A program made the translations under genes and the position numbers. Below the pieces are notes generated by a model. That model worked only from the letters and a program-made list of their open reading frames with translations. It ran no database searches and was not told the origin of the DNA. Positions 10,733 to 21,469 of a DNA stretch of 64,000 nucleotides are shown piece after piece. Source of the DNA: an uncultured Pseudomonadota bacterium (GTDB lineage: Bacteria > Pseudomonadota > Alphaproteobacteria > JACZXZ01); the NCBI GenBank assembly GCA_963749075.1, contig CAVVLJ010000021.1, forward strand, positions 685,555-749,554, given 5' to 3'. The stretch's first letter is position 1. Each line of letters starts with the position of its first letter.

Positions 10733-10862
10733 TTGGGGCCGGCTGACTGCGGCCGGCTGATTGCGGCAGGATGACGCCCGCGGGTTTGCCCCACTCGCGC
10801 TCCCATGCCATCTTGCCGCTGTCGCGCGCCTTCTTGCGCGCGCAAGCGGAACGCAGGTGCCG

Positions 10863-11786
10863 ATGTTCGCGCATGTCATGTCGTGGGTGTGGATCCCCAT
10901 CACCGTCTGGGCAGCACTCGCCCAGACCTTCCGCAATGCCGCACAGCGCCATCTCACCAAGGATCTCGGGACCTACGGTGCCACGCTCGTGCGCTTCGTC
11001 TACGGCCTGCCCTTCGCGGTGCTCTGGCTCGCGGTCCTCGATGACCTGCTCGGCCTCGAGATCCCGGCGCCGAACTGGCGCTTCCTCGCCTGGACGCTCG
11101 CCGGCGCGTTCGGCCAGATCGTGGCGACGGCGCTCCTGCTGCGCACCATGGAGGAGCGTAATTTCGCGGTCGGCGTCATCTATTCGAAGACCGAGATCGT
11201 GCAGATCGCCCTCTTCGCCATCGTGCTGCTCGGCGATCCGCTCTCGCTCGAGGCCGCGGCGGCGATCCTCCTCGTGACGGCCGGCCTCGTTTTCCTCTCG
11301 CTCCGGGGCGGGGAGGCGGGTGCGGAGGCCCTGGCGCGCTCCTGGAGCTCGCGGGCGGCCCTCATGGGCCTCGGCTCCGGCGCCACCTTCGCCATCTCGG
11401 CCGTGGGCTACCGCGGTGCTGCCCTGGCACTCCACGCGGACTCGGCCTTCATGGCGGCGAGCTACGTGCTCGTCTGGGCGCTCGCCATCCAGGTGGCGGT
11501 GCTCGGCGGCTGGCTCGCGGCGGGGAACCCGCGCGTGCTCGTCGCCGTGGCGCGCGAGTGGCGCCTCTCGCTCGGCGCCGGGTTCGCGGGTGCCGCCGGC
11601 TCGGCGGGCTGGTTCACCGCCATGACCCTCGAGCCCGTGGCGCACGTGCGCACGCTCGGCCTCGTCGAAGTGTTCTTCAGCCTCGCTGTCTCCCGCCGCA
11701 TCTTCAAGGAGCGCTTTGGCCGCCTAGAGGTCGCCGGCATCATCCTCGTCGCATTGGGCGTGGCGCTCATCGCAGCCGCAAAGTAG
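10863..11786 (+). CDS. DMT/EamA family transporter
   Basis: About 10 TM helices, QTFRNAAQR and YSKTE motifs. Confidence 0.85.
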   Translation: MFAHVMSWVWIPITVWAALAQTFRNAAQRHLTKDLGTYGATLVRFVYGLPFAVLWLAVLDDLLGLEIPAPNWRFLAWTLAGAFGQIVATALLLRTMEERNFAVGVIYSKTEIVQIALFAIVLLGDPLSLEAAAAILLVTAGLVFLSLRGGEAGAEALARSWSSRAALMGLGSGATFAISAVGYRGAALALHADSAFMAASYVLVWALAIQVAVLGGWLAAGNPRVLVAVAREWRLSLGAGFAGAAGSAGWFTAMTLEPVAHVRTLGLVEVFFSLAVSRRIFKERFGRLEVAGIILVALGVALIAAAK

Positions 11787-11800
11787 CGGCCGCGGTGGAA

Positions 11801-11851
11801 TTGACAGGAGGAGCGTGGTGCAGTAAATCATACGATAAGGAGTATGATTTA
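11801..11851 (+). promoter_or_regulatory. Sigma70-like promoter and palindromic operator of the DUF433-PIN operon
   Basis: TTGACA at 11801. Perfect 10-bp inverted repeat TAAATCATAC-N8-GTATGATTTA (11824-11851) covering the -10 region, RBS and start. Confidence 0.7.
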
Positions 11852-12426
11852 TGTCCGTGTCCTCCGCACCTCGGCGCTACACGCCCCAGGAGGCTGCAGC
11901 TCTCGCTGGGGTGCGACTCCAGCGCATCCAGAATGCCATTACGGATCGCCTGATCCGCGGCGCGTTCAAGCGCGCGCGGGGCGGCCGGCGCAGCGTCGAT
12001 CTGCCGGGGGTCCTGACCTTCGCCGCGGTGGAGCGGCTCGGCGAGGTGCGGATAGCACCGGCCGTCCTCTACAAGGCGTTCCGCAAGACCGGCCTGCCGC
12101 GGGGGCCCGTCGCCGTGAGCGAGGCGGTCACCATCGACGCGCCGCGGCTCCTCCGTACCGTCGTGCGCAATGTGGAGCTCTATGAAAGGGCACGCGAGAG
12201 CATCGTGTCGGACCCCGAGGTCATGGGGGGTCTGCCCGTCGTGCGCGGAACGCGGATTCCGGCGCGCACGCTCCACGCGCGGGTCAGGGGCGGCGATACG
12301 ATCGAGTCGATCTTGGCAGACTATCCCTATCTCGACCGGGAGACGGTCGAGGCCGCCGTTCTCTTTGCCGAGGCCAACCCCGCGCGTGGGCGCCCGCGAC
12401 GGCGCGTCGGCTCGGCCGGCGAGTGA
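11851..12426 (+). CDS. DUF433-domain antitoxin with N-terminal HTH (VapB45-like)
   Basis: YTPQEAAALAGV HTH, and IVSDPEVMGGLPVVRGTRIP...YPYL DUF433 motif. Confidence 0.88.
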   Translation: MSVSSAPRRYTPQEAAALAGVRLQRIQNAITDRLIRGAFKRARGGRRSVDLPGVLTFAAVERLGEVRIAPAVLYKAFRKTGLPRGPVAVSEAVTIDAPRLLRTVVRNVELYERARESIVSDPEVMGGLPVVRGTRIPARTLHARVRGGDTIESILADYPYLDRETVEAAVLFAEANPARGRPRRRVGSAGE

Positions 12427-12821
12427 CGCGGCCACTTCGTCTCCTGATCGACGCCTGCCTGACGCCCGCCGCCGCGGCGCACTTGAACGAGGCGCTCGGC
12501 CGGTCCGTGATCGACGTCATCCACCTCGATAGAGTGCTACCGCGAGCGACGCCCGATGACGAGGTCTTGGACTGGGCTATCGCCCATGAGCGGATCGTCG
12601 TCACCGCTGACCGCGCCGGCTTTCCGCTCCTCGCCCGACGCCGGCCGAGGCATTGCGGCATCGCCCTCATCGAAGATCAAGACACGCAAGCCCGACAAGT
12701 CGCGGCGGTCGCGCGCTTGGCGCGTGCGCTGCTCGTCCATAGAGCCGGCGGCAAGTCCATCATAGGGCACGTCTTCACGCTTCGAAGGTCCGGGCGGCTC
12801 GCGGCCCGCCGCATCCCATAA
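12423..12821 (+). CDS. DUF5615/VapC45-like PIN-domain toxin
   Basis: LLIDACL...PDDEVLDWA...RIVVTAD..F motif; GTGA overlap with the antitoxin. Confidence 0.85.
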   Translation: MTRPLRLLIDACLTPAAAAHLNEALGRSVIDVIHLDRVLPRATPDDEVLDWAIAHERIVVTADRAGFPLLARRRPRHCGIALIEDQDTQARQVAAVARLARALLVHRAGGKSIIGHVFTLRRSGRLAARRIP

Positions 12822-12840
12822 GGACAGATGGGGCCCCTTC

Positions 12841-14028
12841 TCAATCGAGCTCCAAGAGCTGCGACTTGAGATAGGCGGACTCGGGCAGGAAGGGGTGCAC
12901 CGGGTGGTCGGGGGCGGCACCCGCACTCCGGAGGATGCGCCCGCTGCGGCCGGCCTGGGCCAAGCCGCGGCGGACCTCCTCGGCGAAGCGCTCGGGCGTC
13001 ACGTTGTGCGAGCAGGACGCGAGGAAGACGAAGCCGCCGGGCAAGGCGAGCTCGGCCGCGAGGCGGGCGAGCTTGCGATAGCCCTTGGCACCCGGCTCGA
13101 GCTCGCGCTTCGACTTCACGAAGGCGGGCGGGTCGCAGATGACGAGCCCGAAGCGCTCGCCCGCGGCAGCCATGCGCTCCATCTCGCCGAAGGCCTGGCC
13201 GCGGCGGAAGTCGAGGCGCCCGGCCAGGCCGTTCAAGGCGGCTGCCTCGAGGGCGAGCGCCAGGGCCGGCTCCGAGCGGTCGATCGCCAGCACCTCGGCC
13301 GCACCGGCGGCCGCGGCCTGCACGGCAAAGCCGCCGCTGTAGCAATAGAGGTCGACGACCCGCCTGCCGCGCGCGAGCGAGGCCGCGAAGGCGCGGCTCT
13401 CCCGCTGATCGTAGAACCAGCCGGTCTTCTGTCCGAGGCTCAAGTCGGCGAGAAAGCGGCAGCCGTTCTCCTTGAGCTCGACGGCGCCCTCGATCGTGCC
13501 CTTGGCAAGGCGCACCTCGTTAGCCAAGCCTTCGAGGGCGCGGGCCGGACTGTCGTTGCGCAAGAGAATGGCGCGCGGCGCCAGGAGCTCGTCGAGGGCG
13601 GCTATGAGCTCGTCCGTGAGACGCTCCATGCCGGCGCCATTCACCTGGACCGCGAGCACGTCGCCGTAGCGGTCGACGGCGAGACCGGGGAGGCCGTCGG
13701 CCTCGGCGTGGACGAGGCGGTAATAGGGCTCGCCATAGAGGAGGCTGCGCAGGGCGAGGGCGCGGGCGAGGCGCTCGCCGAGGAAATGCCGGTCGATGAC
13801 GGCCTCGGTGTCGCCCGTCACGAGGCGCGCCGCGACGAGGGTGTGGGGATTGAAGAAGGCCAGGCCGAGCGCTTCGCCGTTCGCCGCCGCGAGCCGGACG
13901 AGCGTGCCTGGCTGCAGCGCCTTCGCCGCGGCGTCCAGCGCCACCTCGTTGGAATAGACCCAAGGGTGCCCGTGGCGCACGCGCTGGTGGCGGCCCGGCA
14001 GGAGGCGGACGAGGGGGGATGCGGACAT
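12841..14028 (-). CDS. rlmI: RlmI-like class I SAM-dependent rRNA methyltransferase
   Basis: GHPWVYSNE PUA domain, GQKTGWFYDQR, DPPAF, SCSH. Confidence 0.9.
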   Translation of the reverse strand: MSASPLVRLLPGRHQRVRHGHPWVYSNEVALDAAAKALQPGTLVRLAAANGEALGLAFFNPHTLVAARLVTGDTEAVIDRHFLGERLARALALRSLLYGEPYYRLVHAEADGLPGLAVDRYGDVLAVQVNGAGMERLTDELIAALDELLAPRAILLRNDSPARALEGLANEVRLAKGTIEGAVELKENGCRFLADLSLGQKTGWFYDQRESRAFAASLARGRRVVDLYCYSGGFAVQAAAAGAAEVLAIDRSEPALALALEAAALNGLAGRLDFRRGQAFGEMERMAAAGERFGLVICDPPAFVKSKRELEPGAKGYRKLARLAAELALPGGFVFLASCSHNVTPERFAEEVRRGLAQAGRSGRILRSAGAAPDHPVHPFLPESAYLKSQLLELD

Positions 14029-14103
14029 GGCGCGGCAGCATAGCGGCGCGCGGCGGGCGGGCAAGGGGAATGGTGCTGCGGTTGGGGCGCGCGGGCGCTC
14101 TCG

Positions 14104-15864
14104 CTAATCCCCCGCCGCGGTGCCGCCGCGCCGCGGGTCGGCGACGCCGTAGAGCGTGCCGTCGCGGAGCTGGATGGCGTTGAGCCCGCTCTCCATGGGG
14201 AGGAGGGCGATGTCGTGGCCCATCGCCGCGAGCGCGTCGGCGCGGTCCTCGAGCTCGCTGCCGCTCTCGATCTCGGTGCGGCCGTTGCGGTTGTCGATGT
14301 GGGGGAGGGCGATCGCCTGCTCGATCGGCAGCTTCCAGTCGAGGGCCGCCACCAGCGCCTCGCTCACGAAGCCGATGATCTCGGCGCCGCCGGGCGTACC
14401 GATGACGAGGGCCAGCTTGCCGTCGGCGCCCACCACGATGGTCGGCGCCATCGCACTCCTCGGCCGCTTCCCCGCCTCGACGCGGTTGGCGACGGGCTTG
14501 CCCTCGACCGTGGGGCGGAAGGCGAAGTCGTTGAGCTCGTCGTTGAGGAGGAAGCCCCGCACCATGAGGCGGGCGCCGAAGGGCTGGCCGATGTCGGCGC
14601 TGAGCGCCGCCGCGTTGCCGGCGCCGTCGACCACCGAGACGTGGGTGGTGGAGGGCGGCTCGTGGCCGCCCGAGCCGGAAAAGGGCCAGAGTGCGGCATG
14701 GCGCGGTGCGCCGGGTGGCACGTGGCCGCCGCGCGCGCGGCCGGGTGCGATGAGCTTGGCGCGCTCCGCGAGATAGCCGGCCGAGAGCAGCTGGGCGACC
14801 GGCACCGGCACGAAATCCGGATCCGCCACATACTCGTCGCGGTCGGCAAAGGCCAGGCGGCCGGCCTCGGCGAGGAGATGGAGGGCGGGCGTCGAGAGCG
14901 GCGCCATCTTGCCGAGGGGGAAGCGCTCGAGGAGGCCCAGGGTCTCGAGCACGGCTAAGCCGCCCGAGCTCGGCGGCGGCATGCCGCAGACGAGCCACGC
15001 GCGATAGGGCTGGCAGAGCGCCTGGCGCAGGCGCGGCTTGTAGCCGGCGAGGTCGCCCGCCTTGAGCCGGCCGGGCCGCGCGCCGCTCGCGGCGGCTGCC
15101 ACCATGTCGGCGGCGATGTCGCCCTCGTAGAAGGCATGGGCACCCTCGGCCGCGAGCTTGCGCAAGGTGGCGGCGAGTGCCGGGTTGGCGATGCGGCTCC
15201 CCGCTGGCTTGGCGATGCCGCGGCCCTGGTAGAAGAGCTGCGCCGCGGCGGGCGAGGTGCCGAGCCGGCGGTCGCCCGCGAGGAGCTCGTGCAAGCGCGG
15301 GCTCACGGTGAAGCCGCCCGCGGCGAGCGCGATGGCCGGCTCGAAGAGGGTCTGCCAGGCGAGCTTGCCGCGCCGCGCATGGGCCGCCTCGAGCATGGCG
15401 AGGAGTCCGGGGACGCCGACGCTGAGGCCGCCCACCGCCGCCTCGCTCGCCTCCAAGGGCGTGCCGTCGGGCTTGAGGAACATGTCGGCGGTGGCGGCGG
15501 CGGGGGCAGTCTCCCGTCCGTCGAGCGCGTCCATGTCGCCGGTTGCGGCGTCGAAATAGAGGAGGAAGCCGCCGCCGCCGATGCCGACCGCCTCGGGTTC
15601 CTCCACGCCGAGCACCAGGATGGCCGCGATCGCCGCGTCGACGGCACTGCCGCCTTGGCGCAGCATGGCGCGTCCGGCCTCGGCCGCCTCCGCGGTGTCG
15701 GCGACGACCATGTCGCGCCGCCCTTCCGCGGCGCGCGGGACCGCGGACGCGTCGGGGACGGCACTCTGCGCCGATGCCGCTCCGGGCATTGCCGCAAGGA
15801 GGGCGAGCGCCACGGCGGCGCCGTAGGGCGAGTCGTGCTGCCGGCGCTCGGGAGGTGCCGCCAC
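14104..15864 (-). CDS. ggt: Gamma-glutamyltransferase (secreted)
   Basis: Signal-like N-terminus, GIGGGGF, DGRETAP, nucleophile STTHVSVVD, KRPRSAMAP. Confidence 0.92.
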   Translation of the reverse strand: MAAPPERRQHDSPYGAAVALALLAAMPGAASAQSAVPDASAVPRAAEGRRDMVVADTAEAAEAGRAMLRQGGSAVDAAIAAILVLGVEEPEAVGIGGGGFLLYFDAATGDMDALDGRETAPAAATADMFLKPDGTPLEASEAAVGGLSVGVPGLLAMLEAAHARRGKLAWQTLFEPAIALAAGGFTVSPRLHELLAGDRRLGTSPAAAQLFYQGRGIAKPAGSRIANPALAATLRKLAAEGAHAFYEGDIAADMVAAAASGARPGRLKAGDLAGYKPRLRQALCQPYRAWLVCGMPPPSSGGLAVLETLGLLERFPLGKMAPLSTPALHLLAEAGRLAFADRDEYVADPDFVPVPVAQLLSAGYLAERAKLIAPGRARGGHVPPGAPRHAALWPFSGSGGHEPPSTTHVSVVDGAGNAAALSADIGQPFGARLMVRGFLLNDELNDFAFRPTVEGKPVANRVEAGKRPRSAMAPTIVVGADGKLALVIGTPGGAEIIGFVSEALVAALDWKLPIEQAIALPHIDNRNGRTEIESGSELEDRADALAAMGHDIALLPMESGLNAIQLRDGTLYGVADPRRGGTAAGD

Positions 15865-15873
15865 CTGCGAGCC

Positions 15874-16362
15874 TCAGCGCAGCCGATCCATGCCGGCGAG
15901 CGGCTGGACGAATTGCAGCTCCGTGTCCCAGGGGAAGTGGATCCAGGTGTCCTGGCTCACCTCGGTGACGAAGGTGTCGACGAGCGGCCGGCCCGCCGGC
16001 TTGGCATAGACCGTCGCCATGTGGGCGAGCGGCAGGAGCTCGCGCACGACGCGCGCGGTGGCGCCGGTATCGACGAGGTCGTCGACGATGACCCAGCCCC
16101 GGCCGTCGCCCGGCGGCGCGCTCAGGATGCGCACCTCGGCTTGCGACTGATGGGCGTAGCTCGCGACGCAGATCGTCGTGATGAGGCGCAAGTTGAGCTC
16201 GCGCGCCACGATCACCGCCGGCACCAGCCCGCCGCGCGCGATGCCGACCACGCCGCGCCACGGCCCGGTCTCGTTGAGCCGCCAGGCGAGCGCCTTGGCA
16301 TCGCGGTGGAGCTCCTGCCACGACACCGGAAAGGCCTTGGCGAAACGGTCGTTGGCGCTCAC
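15874..16362 (-). CDS. gpt: Xanthine phosphoribosyltransferase
   Basis: [27 protein letters not shown]. Confidence 0.95.
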   Translation of the reverse strand: MSANDRFAKAFPVSWQELHRDAKALAWRLNETGPWRGVVGIARGGLVPAVIVARELNLRLITTICVASYAHQSQAEVRILSAPPGDGRGWVIVDDLVDTGATARVVRELLPLAHMATVYAKPAGRPLVDTFVTEVSQDTWIHFPWDTELQFVQPLAGMDRLR

Positions 16363-16450
16363 GGCGGCTCCCCCATCAAAGTTGCGGCGATTTAAGCGGA
16401 TCGGCGGGGGCGAGGCAATCGCGGGGACGGACATTCGCGCCGCTGCGGGC

Positions 16451-16885
16451 TCAGGTGGTGCGCTCCTCGGGCTTGACGAGGACGCAGCCCGAGATGCGCC
16501 AGCTGCCGTCCGGCTCGCGCTCCATGCAGTAGAGCGCCAGCACCAGGCGGCCGTCGGGACCGGCGAAGAGCACCTTCTGCACGGGACCGTCGGCGGTGAC
16601 CACGAGGCTTGCGAATTCCGTCCCGCGCGGCCGGTAGACCGGCGCATAGCCGCGGCGCACCATCTCCATGAAGGCCTCGGCGGTTCCGAAGATGGCCTGG
16701 ATGGCGGGTGCCGCAAAGGCGAAGGCCGCGGCGTCGTCGTCGCGCTGGAAGGCCGCGAGCTGGCGCTCGATGACGCTTCGGATCGCCGCCGCGTCGGCAC
16801 TGCCGAGGGTGCTGCCGCCCGCATCCTGGCCCCAGCTCGCGAGCGGCCAGACGACAAGAGCGAGAACGACGAGCATGCGCTGCAT
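16451..16885 (-). CDS. DUF4864-like secreted protein
   Basis: [19 protein letters not shown]...F...F..MV..GY and WRISGC patterns. Confidence 0.8.
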   Translation of the reverse strand: MQRMLVVLALVVWPLASWGQDAGGSTLGSADAAAIRSVIERQLAAFQRDDDAAAFAFAAPAIQAIFGTAEAFMEMVRRGYAPVYRPRGTEFASLVVTADGPVQKVLFAGPDGRLVLALYCMEREPDGSWRISGCVLVKPEERTT

Positions 16886-17046
16886 GGCGAGTGCTCCGGG
16901 AAGAGGCGATCCTAGCGGAAGTCGCGGGCGAGCGCCATGCGGCAGCCGCGGCTCAGCCGCCGAGGCTTGATCGAATCGGTTGCGCCGCCGCCGCCGCCGC
17001 ATTAGGGATGGGTACACTCGCAACGGCGCGGACGCGGACAATTGCC

Positions 17047-18637
17047 ATGCTGAATACCTTGAGGGCGACGCGGGGGATGGTCGTAGCACCCCATCACCTG
17101 GCGGCGGAGAGCGGGCTGGCCGTGCTGCGCGAGGGCGGCAACGCGATCGAGGCCATGGTCGCGGCCTCGGCCGTCGCCATGGTGGTCTATCCGCACATGA
17201 CCGGGCTCGGCGGCGACGGCTTCATGCTGATCTCGCCCCGCGGCGGCGCAGTGTCGGCGATCGAGGCCTGCGGCCGCGCCGCCGCTGCCGCCGATCTGGC
17301 GCTCTACCGCCGCCACGGCCTCGCGGCCATCCCGGCGCGCGGCCCGCTCGCCGCCATCACGGTCGCGGGCACGGTCTCCGGCTGGCAGGCAGCGCTCGCG
17401 GCAAGCGCCAGGCTCGGCGGCCGCATGAGCCTGGCACGCCTCCTCGACGACGCCGCGTTCTACGCCCGCGAGGGTTATGCCGTCACCGCCACCCAGGCGG
17501 AGAACGCTGCTGCGAAGTGCCGCGAGCTCGCCGAGGTGCCGGGCTTCGCCGAGATCTACCTTCCCGGCGGTGCGGCGCCGGCGGAGGGCGGCCGCTTCAA
17601 GAACCCGGCACTCGCGGAAAGCCTGACCCGGCTCGCCGTGGCCGGCCTCGACGATTTCTACCGCGGCGAGCTGGCGCGGAGGATCGCCGCCGATCTCGCG
17701 CGCGCGGGCAGCCCCTTGGCGTACGCCGACCTCGCGGCCCATGGCGCGCGCGAGCCGGCTCCCCTCTCGCTCAAGCTCCGCTCCGCGCGCGTCTATAACG
17801 TGCCGCCGCCGAGCCAGGGCCTGGCCTCACTCGTCATTCTCGGCATCTTCGACCGTCTCGGCGTTGCCGAGGCGGACGGCTTCGCCCATGTGCACGGCAC
17901 CGTCGAGGCGACCAAGCACGGCTTCCGCGTGCGCGACGAGCAGCTCACCGACCCCGACCATATGCGCGTGCCCGCCGAGGATTTCCTCGCCGATGGGGCG
18001 CTCGCGGAGATGGCGGCAAGGATCGACCGCGCGCGCGCCGGCCCCTGGACGCTCAATCCGGCGCCGGGCGACACCGTGTGGATGGGGGCGGTCGACGGGA
18101 ACGGGCTCGCCGTGAGCTTCATCCACAGCATCTATTGGGAGTTCGGCTCGGGCGTGGCGCTGCGCGATACCGGCATCCTGTGGCAGAACCGCGGCATGGC
18201 CTTCTCGCTCCGGCCCGGCGCGCTCCACGAGCTCCTGCCGCGCCGCCGGCCCTTCCACACCAACAACCCGGCGCTCGCGCGCTTCGACGACGGGCGCGTC
18301 ATGGTCTACGGCGCCATGGGCGGCGACGGCCAGCCGCAGAGCCAAGCCGCGGTCTTCACGCGCTACGGCCTCTTCGGCCGGCCGCTCCAGGAGGCGGTGA
18401 CGGCGCCGCGCTGGGTGCTCGGGCGCACCTGGGGTCAGGAACGCACGGGCCTGCGCCTCGAGAGCCGCTTCGACGCCGCCGCGGTGGAGGCGCTCGAGCG
18501 CGCCGGGCACGACGTTCGAGCTCGTCCCCGCCTTCTCGTCGGTCATGGGCCATGCGGGCGCCGCCGTGCAGCGCCCGGACGGGATCATCGAAGGCGCCGC
18601 CGACCCGCGCTCGGACGGCATCGCGGCGGGCTTCTGA
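17047..18637 (+). CDS. Cytoplasmic GGT-family amidohydrolase (YwrD/HpxW-like), one frameshift near 18516
   Basis: GLGGDGF, GDTVW, SIYWEFGSG, PFHTNNP, GAMGGDGQPQ. The C-terminal MGHAGA...ADPRSDG is in a shifted frame. Confidence 0.85.
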
Positions 18638-18663
18638 AGGGGACAGGCGGCCGCGGCGGCGGC

Positions 18664-19896
18664 TCAGCGCACGTAGAGATGCACCTCGTTGGTCTCCGCC
18701 GTCCTGCTCGTGGTGGCGGAGAGCGTCACCCGGTTGGCCGGCAGGCCCATGTTGGTGAGCGAGCGCATCACGGCGTCGGCGTTCCTCTTCGACTCGTCCA
18801 GCGCGAGCGCGGACTGTCCGGCGCTGCCGTGGCTGGGAGCGACCGCCACGAGGTCGAAGTCGGCGTTGGGCTTGCGCTGCAGCGCCTGGCTCACCGCCGT
18901 GTAGAGCGCCGATTCATAGTCCACGTTGGCGCGGTCGAAGCGGATCACCACGAGCGGGCGGCGGTTGACGAGGCTGGCGGTCGAGCGCGCCCTTTCCGCC
19001 GGCGCGCGCGAGGCGAGCGGTGCTGCCCTGGCATAGGCGAGGTTCGAGAGGCTCGCGCCGAAGAGCTCGCCGTTCTGCACCGCGACCGCGAGGGTGGTGA
19101 GGTTGCCGCGCTCGCGCGCAAGATAGAGATTCTGGCGGCTGGTGTCCTCGGCGAGCTCGTTGGCCAGACGGTCGATGGTGACCACCGTCTTATTGGTCTC
19201 GTCCTCGAGCACGGAGAGCTGGCGATGGTCCTGGTCGACGGCGCCCGAGACGCCGTAGGTGGCGCGCGTCGATTCGAGAAGGAATGCCGCAAGCGAGGAG
19301 TCGTTCGACACCTCGGTGGCGAGCGAGTTCATCCCGGCCACGTCGCCGTCGATCTTGCCGAGCACGGACTGCGCCTGGTTCCATTGCGCCACGAGGATGG
19401 GATTGCCCGGCGTGGTGCCGACCTGCAGCTTGGCATTGATGGCGCCGATGAGCTGCTGGTACTGCTGCGCGTTGCTCACCGTCTCCGCGCGCAGCTTCTG
19501 CAGCTGGCCGTTGTGATCGCCGATGGCGCTCTCCAGCTTGACGAGCTCGCCGCGCATGGTCTCGACCTTGCGCCCGACCGCGGTGCCGGTCGACGATCCG
19601 GACTCGACGGGCACCGGTTGGAAATTGGTCGTGTTGAGCTGCGGCACCGGAGCGGGCTGCGTCGTCACCTCGCCCGGCGCCCCGGCCGCCGCGGACGTAG
19701 CCCCCGCCGGCGCCGCGGCAGCTTGAGCGGCGGGTTGGGCGCTCGCTTCCGTCTTGGCCTTGCCGGAAGGCTCCTCTCCGGTCAGCGTCGGCAACAGGGA
19801 ATCGCTCGCGAATGAGCAGCCCCCGAGGAGAACTCCCACGCCCACGAGGGCCATTTTCCATTGGGCCATTACTGACCTTGGGTTTTTAACGGGCAC
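18664..19896 (-). CDS. Conserved coiled-coil lipoprotein with OmpA-like C-terminal region
   Basis: Lipobox LLGGC, QVGTTPGNP, LVVIRFDR...EVHLYVR. Start codon uncertain. Confidence 0.7.
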   Translation of the reverse strand: MPVKNPRSVMAQWKMALVGVGVLLGGCSFASDSLLPTLTGEEPSGKAKTEASAQPAAQAAAAPAGATSAAAGAPGEVTTQPAPVPQLNTTNFQPVPVESGSSTGTAVGRKVETMRGELVKLESAIGDHNGQLQKLRAETVSNAQQYQQLIGAINAKLQVGTTPGNPILVAQWNQAQSVLGKIDGDVAGMNSLATEVSNDSSLAAFLLESTRATYGVSGAVDQDHRQLSVLEDETNKTVVTIDRLANELAEDTSRQNLYLARERGNLTTLAVAVQNGELFGASLSNLAYARAAPLASRAPAERARSTASLVNRRPLVVIRFDRANVDYESALYTAVSQALQRKPNADFDLVAVAPSHGSAGQSALALDESKRNADAVMRSLTNMGLPANRVTLSATTSRTAETNEVHLYVR

Positions 19897-20127
19897 GCCT
19901 TCCCATCCTTACGGCCTCGTATTATGGCGCGTAACATGCCAGCAAAGACAAGCCATTGCAACGCCCTTGTCTTCCGGCAAGCGGCGGCGGAGAGGTGCGC
20001 GGGCGGCGCCGCGGCGGCGTCCCCGGCCGCCATTCTTGGCCTTGCCTTCCCGCCGCGATTTGAGTAGGGTCCGAGCCCTTCGGCGATCCGGTGCCGCACG
20101 GTGCCAAGTGCCGCCGCGGGTTGCATT

Positions 20128-20204
<77 letters not shown>

Positions 20205-20344
20205 TTTCCATACCGCCGCCGCTGCCGCAGCGGAGTTTGCGCGGGCGTTCGGGCCGCCGGGCCCGGTGTTCCGCAGCCCGTCATCGCCCCGTCACCCGAA
20301 TGTAAGATTAGTGCGGCGCTTTCGCGCCGGACGGCGCTCTTGCC

Positions 20345-21229
20345 TCAGGCGGCAGCGCTCGCGGCACGCGCGGCGTTGCCGGCGCGCATCGCCTTGCCGA
20401 GCTTCTCGAGGGCGCGCGCCTCGATCTGGCGCACGCGCTCGCGCGAGACGCCGAAATGGGTGCCGAGATCCTCGAGGGTCGGCGGCTCGTCGCTCAGCCG
20501 GCGCGCCGCGAGGATGTGGCACTCGCGCGGCGAGAGCTTGCCCATGGCCTCGGCGAGGCTGCCGCGGCGCTTCTGGAGCTCCTCGGCGTCGGCGAGCTCG
20601 GTCTCCTGATCCGCCGCGTCGTCGACGAGAAAGTCCTGGCGCTCCGCCTCGCCGTCGGCGTCGAGCCGCTCGTTGAGCGAGGCGTCGCGTCTGGCCATGC
20701 GGCGGCCCATCTCGACGACCTCGCGCTCGCGCACGCCGAGCTCGCGCGCGATCGCGGCCACCGTCTCGGGCGAGAGCTCGCCCGTCTGCAGCTCGCCGTG
20801 CGCGGCGGCGAGGCGGCGCAGGTTGAAGAACAGGCGCTTCTGCGCCGCGGTCGTGCCGATGCGGACGAGCGAGCTCGCGCGCATGACGTAGTCCTGCAGC
20901 TGCGCGCGGATCCACCAGACGGCATAGGTGTTGAGGCGGAAGCCGAGTGCGGGGTCGAAGCGCTCGATCGCCTGCATGAGGCCGAGGTTGCCCTCCGAGA
21001 TGAGGTCGTCGAACGGCAGCCCGTAGGCGCGGTAGCCGCGCGCGAGCTTGATGACGAGCCGCAAGTGGCTGCCGGCGAGCTCGTCGAGCGCCTTGGCGTC
21101 GCGCCCGCTCAGCCAGCGCTCGACCAGCTGCTCCTCGCGCTCGCGCGATAGCAGAGGATATTTGCGCACCTTGGCAACATAGTGCCCGAGGGCCGAGTCC
21201 GGGGAAGAGTTAGCCTGTGCCACGAGCAT
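20345..21229 (-). CDS. rpoH: RpoH-family (sigma-32) RNA polymerase sigma factor, probably an RpoH2-type paralogue
   Basis: DLISEGNLGLMQA..RFDP..GFRL.TYA.WWI, RpoH box QKRLFFNLR, SRERVRQIE. Confidence 0.88.
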   Translation of the reverse strand: MLVAQANSSPDSALGHYVAKVRKYPLLSREREEQLVERWLSGRDAKALDELAGSHLRLVIKLARGYRAYGLPFDDLISEGNLGLMQAIERFDPALGFRLNTYAVWWIRAQLQDYVMRASSLVRIGTTAAQKRLFFNLRRLAAAHGELQTGELSPETVAAIARELGVREREVVEMGRRMARRDASLNERLDADGEAERQDFLVDDAADQETELADAEELQKRRGSLAEAMGKLSPRECHILAARRLSDEPPTLEDLGTHFGVSRERVRQIEARALEKLGKAMRAGNAARAASAAA

Positions 21230-21469
21230 AGAATCCCTGACAGTTCCAACCGTGAGTGCCCAATCCGTGAACGCCCGGCTCTGCATTTGGTTGCCCAAGC
21301 CGAAGGCGCCGGCCCCGGCACCTGCCGCCAAGCGGCGGAGCGCCGCTCGCACCTTGAGCCTGGCGTTGCCGTCGCAGCAGAGGTTTGCGGGGGGATGTCT
21401 CTCGATATGGCCGGGACGGCGGCGTTTTTCAAGGGCATGCGGCGTGCCGTCGGCCGCCGCGGGCAGGCG

